Shown here: positions 62,336-64,000 of the stretch, one piece after another | Layout: each line of letters opens with the position of its first letter | Position numbering within the stretch: the first letter of the stretch is position 1 | NCBI GenBank assembly: GCA_033442325.1 | Contig: JAWQFM010000028.1 | Location: forward strand, 590,149-654,148 | Direction of reading: 5' to 3' | Length of the DNA: 64,000 nt | Source of the DNA: Salpingoeca rosetta | Lineage: Eukaryota; Protista; Choanoflagellata | Translations under genes and position numbers: made by a program | The notes under the pieces: generated by a model | Database searches by the model: none | Seen by the model: only the letters and a program-made list of their open reading frames with translations | What the model was told of the DNA's origin: nothing

Positions 62336-62556
62336 GACACTGCTCCATGAGTGCAGGTTGCGTCGGCGGCGCCGCTGGCTGACGAGCTGCAGGCGGCGGC
62401 AGAGGAGATGCGGCGATGCGCAGAGCAGGCCGAGGAGGAGGGCGACGACACAGCAGATGCACACGGTATGGACACAGGGGGGTGTGTGATAAGGCGGGAG
62501 GTGTGTGTGTGTGAGTGAGTCAGTGAGTGGAGTGAGTCAGTGAGTGGAGTGAGTCA

Positions 62557-62603
<47 letters not shown>

Positions 62604-64000
62604 CGAGGACGAGCGTGAGTGCGAGTTTGAGCTCGAGTGTGTGAGTGTGTGAGTGACTCGTATCTGTGTCCTTCCATGTATCGTTGCTCACACCGCCATC
62701 GCCCATCACCGACGCGCACGCCCTGCAAACCAGGCACCGCCGCGACGAGCGAGCACCTATCGTCATCATCAACAGCAGAAGCGTCATCATCATCAACAAC
62801 AACAACAACAGCGGCCCAGCCGTCATCGTCGTCAGGGGAGGGCGATAGCGGTGCGAGCCGCGTGCTGCGGATGCGTGCGGAGGATCAGCGCTGTGAGCGC
62901 GAAGATGCCGTGCCCTCCGGTCTCACGTTCGCCCTCGACAAGGTCGCTCGTGTCGTCCATCTCGCTTGCTTGACGCGCTGTGATGGTGATGGCGGTGGCG
63001 GTGATGTTGATCCATGATGCTGTGGTGCCTTGTAGCGATGATGATTTGGTGTGACGTTGAGGGTGGCAGTTGCAAGTCGTGGTATTGAGGGTGGCTGCCC
63101 CTCATATGCTCTGCTCCCACATTCTTATTTCCTGTTCTCAACGAGTTCTCTGCCTTCCCGCCGCCGCCGCCATCATCACTGCTGCCGTGCAGAGTCCGTC
63201 CATTGGGCCGCCACACCTGGGGCCCCTCAGGAAACTCTGCAGGGAAATGGTATGTGCACGCACGAGCTATGCATGTGCTTGCCTTGATATGCCCCGATAC
63301 ACACCACAACACAACACAACACAACACAACACAACACACCACAACACACCACAACACAACACAACACACCACAACACAACACACCACAACACAACACACC
63401 ACAACACAACACACACACACAACACAACACCACAACACACCACAACACAACACACCACAACACACACACAACACAACACAACACACACACAACACAACAC
63501 AACACACCACAACACAACACAACACAACACAACACAACACACCACACCACAACACACCAAACCACCCCTGCCCACCAATTGCTTGACGTGTGCTGCAGGT
63601 TGGTGCGCCGGCGGGCACGGCGTTCCCCGGCGCGCAGCCCGTGTCGCTGCTGCAAAGTCATCTGGAGAAGATGCGAACAGCGCCCTTCTTCCTCTCCCAC
63701 AAGGCAGACGGCACACGGTAGCTATGCTGGTGGCAGTGGTGGTGGTGGTGGCGAGCGGCCGTGTGTGTGAGTGTGTGAGATGTGTTTGTGTGTGCGTGAG
63801 ATGTGTGTGTGTGTGAGTGTGTGAGATGTGTGTGTGTGTGTGCGTAAGATGTGTGTGCGTGTGTGTGTGTGTGTGGGTGGGTGCGTGTGGGGTGTGTATA
63901 CACATATGATTGTGTGTTCCCGTGCAGACTTGCTGTGATTGCCCACACCATCCCTTGCCCCCCCCCCCTGTGTCACTGCCCTCGCCCTCACCGCCATCAC
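59220..64000 (+). CDS. RNGTT: Bifunctional mRNA capping enzyme (Cys-based RNA triphosphatase plus guanylyltransferase); runs off the right edge
   Basis: [12 protein letters not shown]; FVPMKT.L; VIDLT.S.RYYD; P-loop [17 protein letters not shown]; RPPGIYK|NHYIEDIF; exon ~63599-63717 [10 protein letters not shown]...[11 protein letters not shown] contains GTase motif I (KxDG). Confidence 0.93.
63301..63565. repeat. (CACAA/CAC)n low-complexity intronic repeat
   Basis: Directly visible in an RNGTT intron, upstream of the acceptor at ~63598. Confidence 0.85.

Overview
Eukaryotic, GC-rich, intron-rich genomic DNA saturated with (GT)n/(CA)n microsatellites and poly-Q/N/T coding tracts. It has three 100-N scaffold gaps. 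The style and gene set most resemble a choanoflagellate such as Salpingoeca rosetta; this is an inference, not verified. I reconstructed about 16 protein-coding genes by eye from GT-AG exon chains. In order: a GCIP/CCNDBP1-like gene (partial, frameshifted), an RDH/DHRSX-like SDR, a FOXRED2-like flavoprotein, three intronless tandem EamA/DMT transporters, a USP20/33-like deubiquitinase, a membrane hybrid histidine kinase with a Venus-flytrap (ANF-receptor-like) ectodomain, a GNS-like sulfatase, an ING PHD protein, an intronless degenerate HD-domain protein of bacterial type, an EEP-family hydrolase, MED18, a small mitochondrial membrane protein, an RA-domain protein and the RNGTT capping enzyme (partial). 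The most notable items are: (1) the VFT-TM-HisKA-HATPase-REC-REC receptor; (2) the pseudo-HD protein; (3) the mosaic EamA array with an unassigned C-terminal domain; (4) the polarised (GT)n...(CA)n intron architecture; and (5) three short compositionally alien segments at about 43100-43560, 54543-54720 and 60629-60858. No tRNA, rRNA, CRISPR array or transposase was recognised. Most ORFs in the supplied track are microsatellite artefacts. CDS coordinates are gene spans including introns, and exon boundaries were placed manually.
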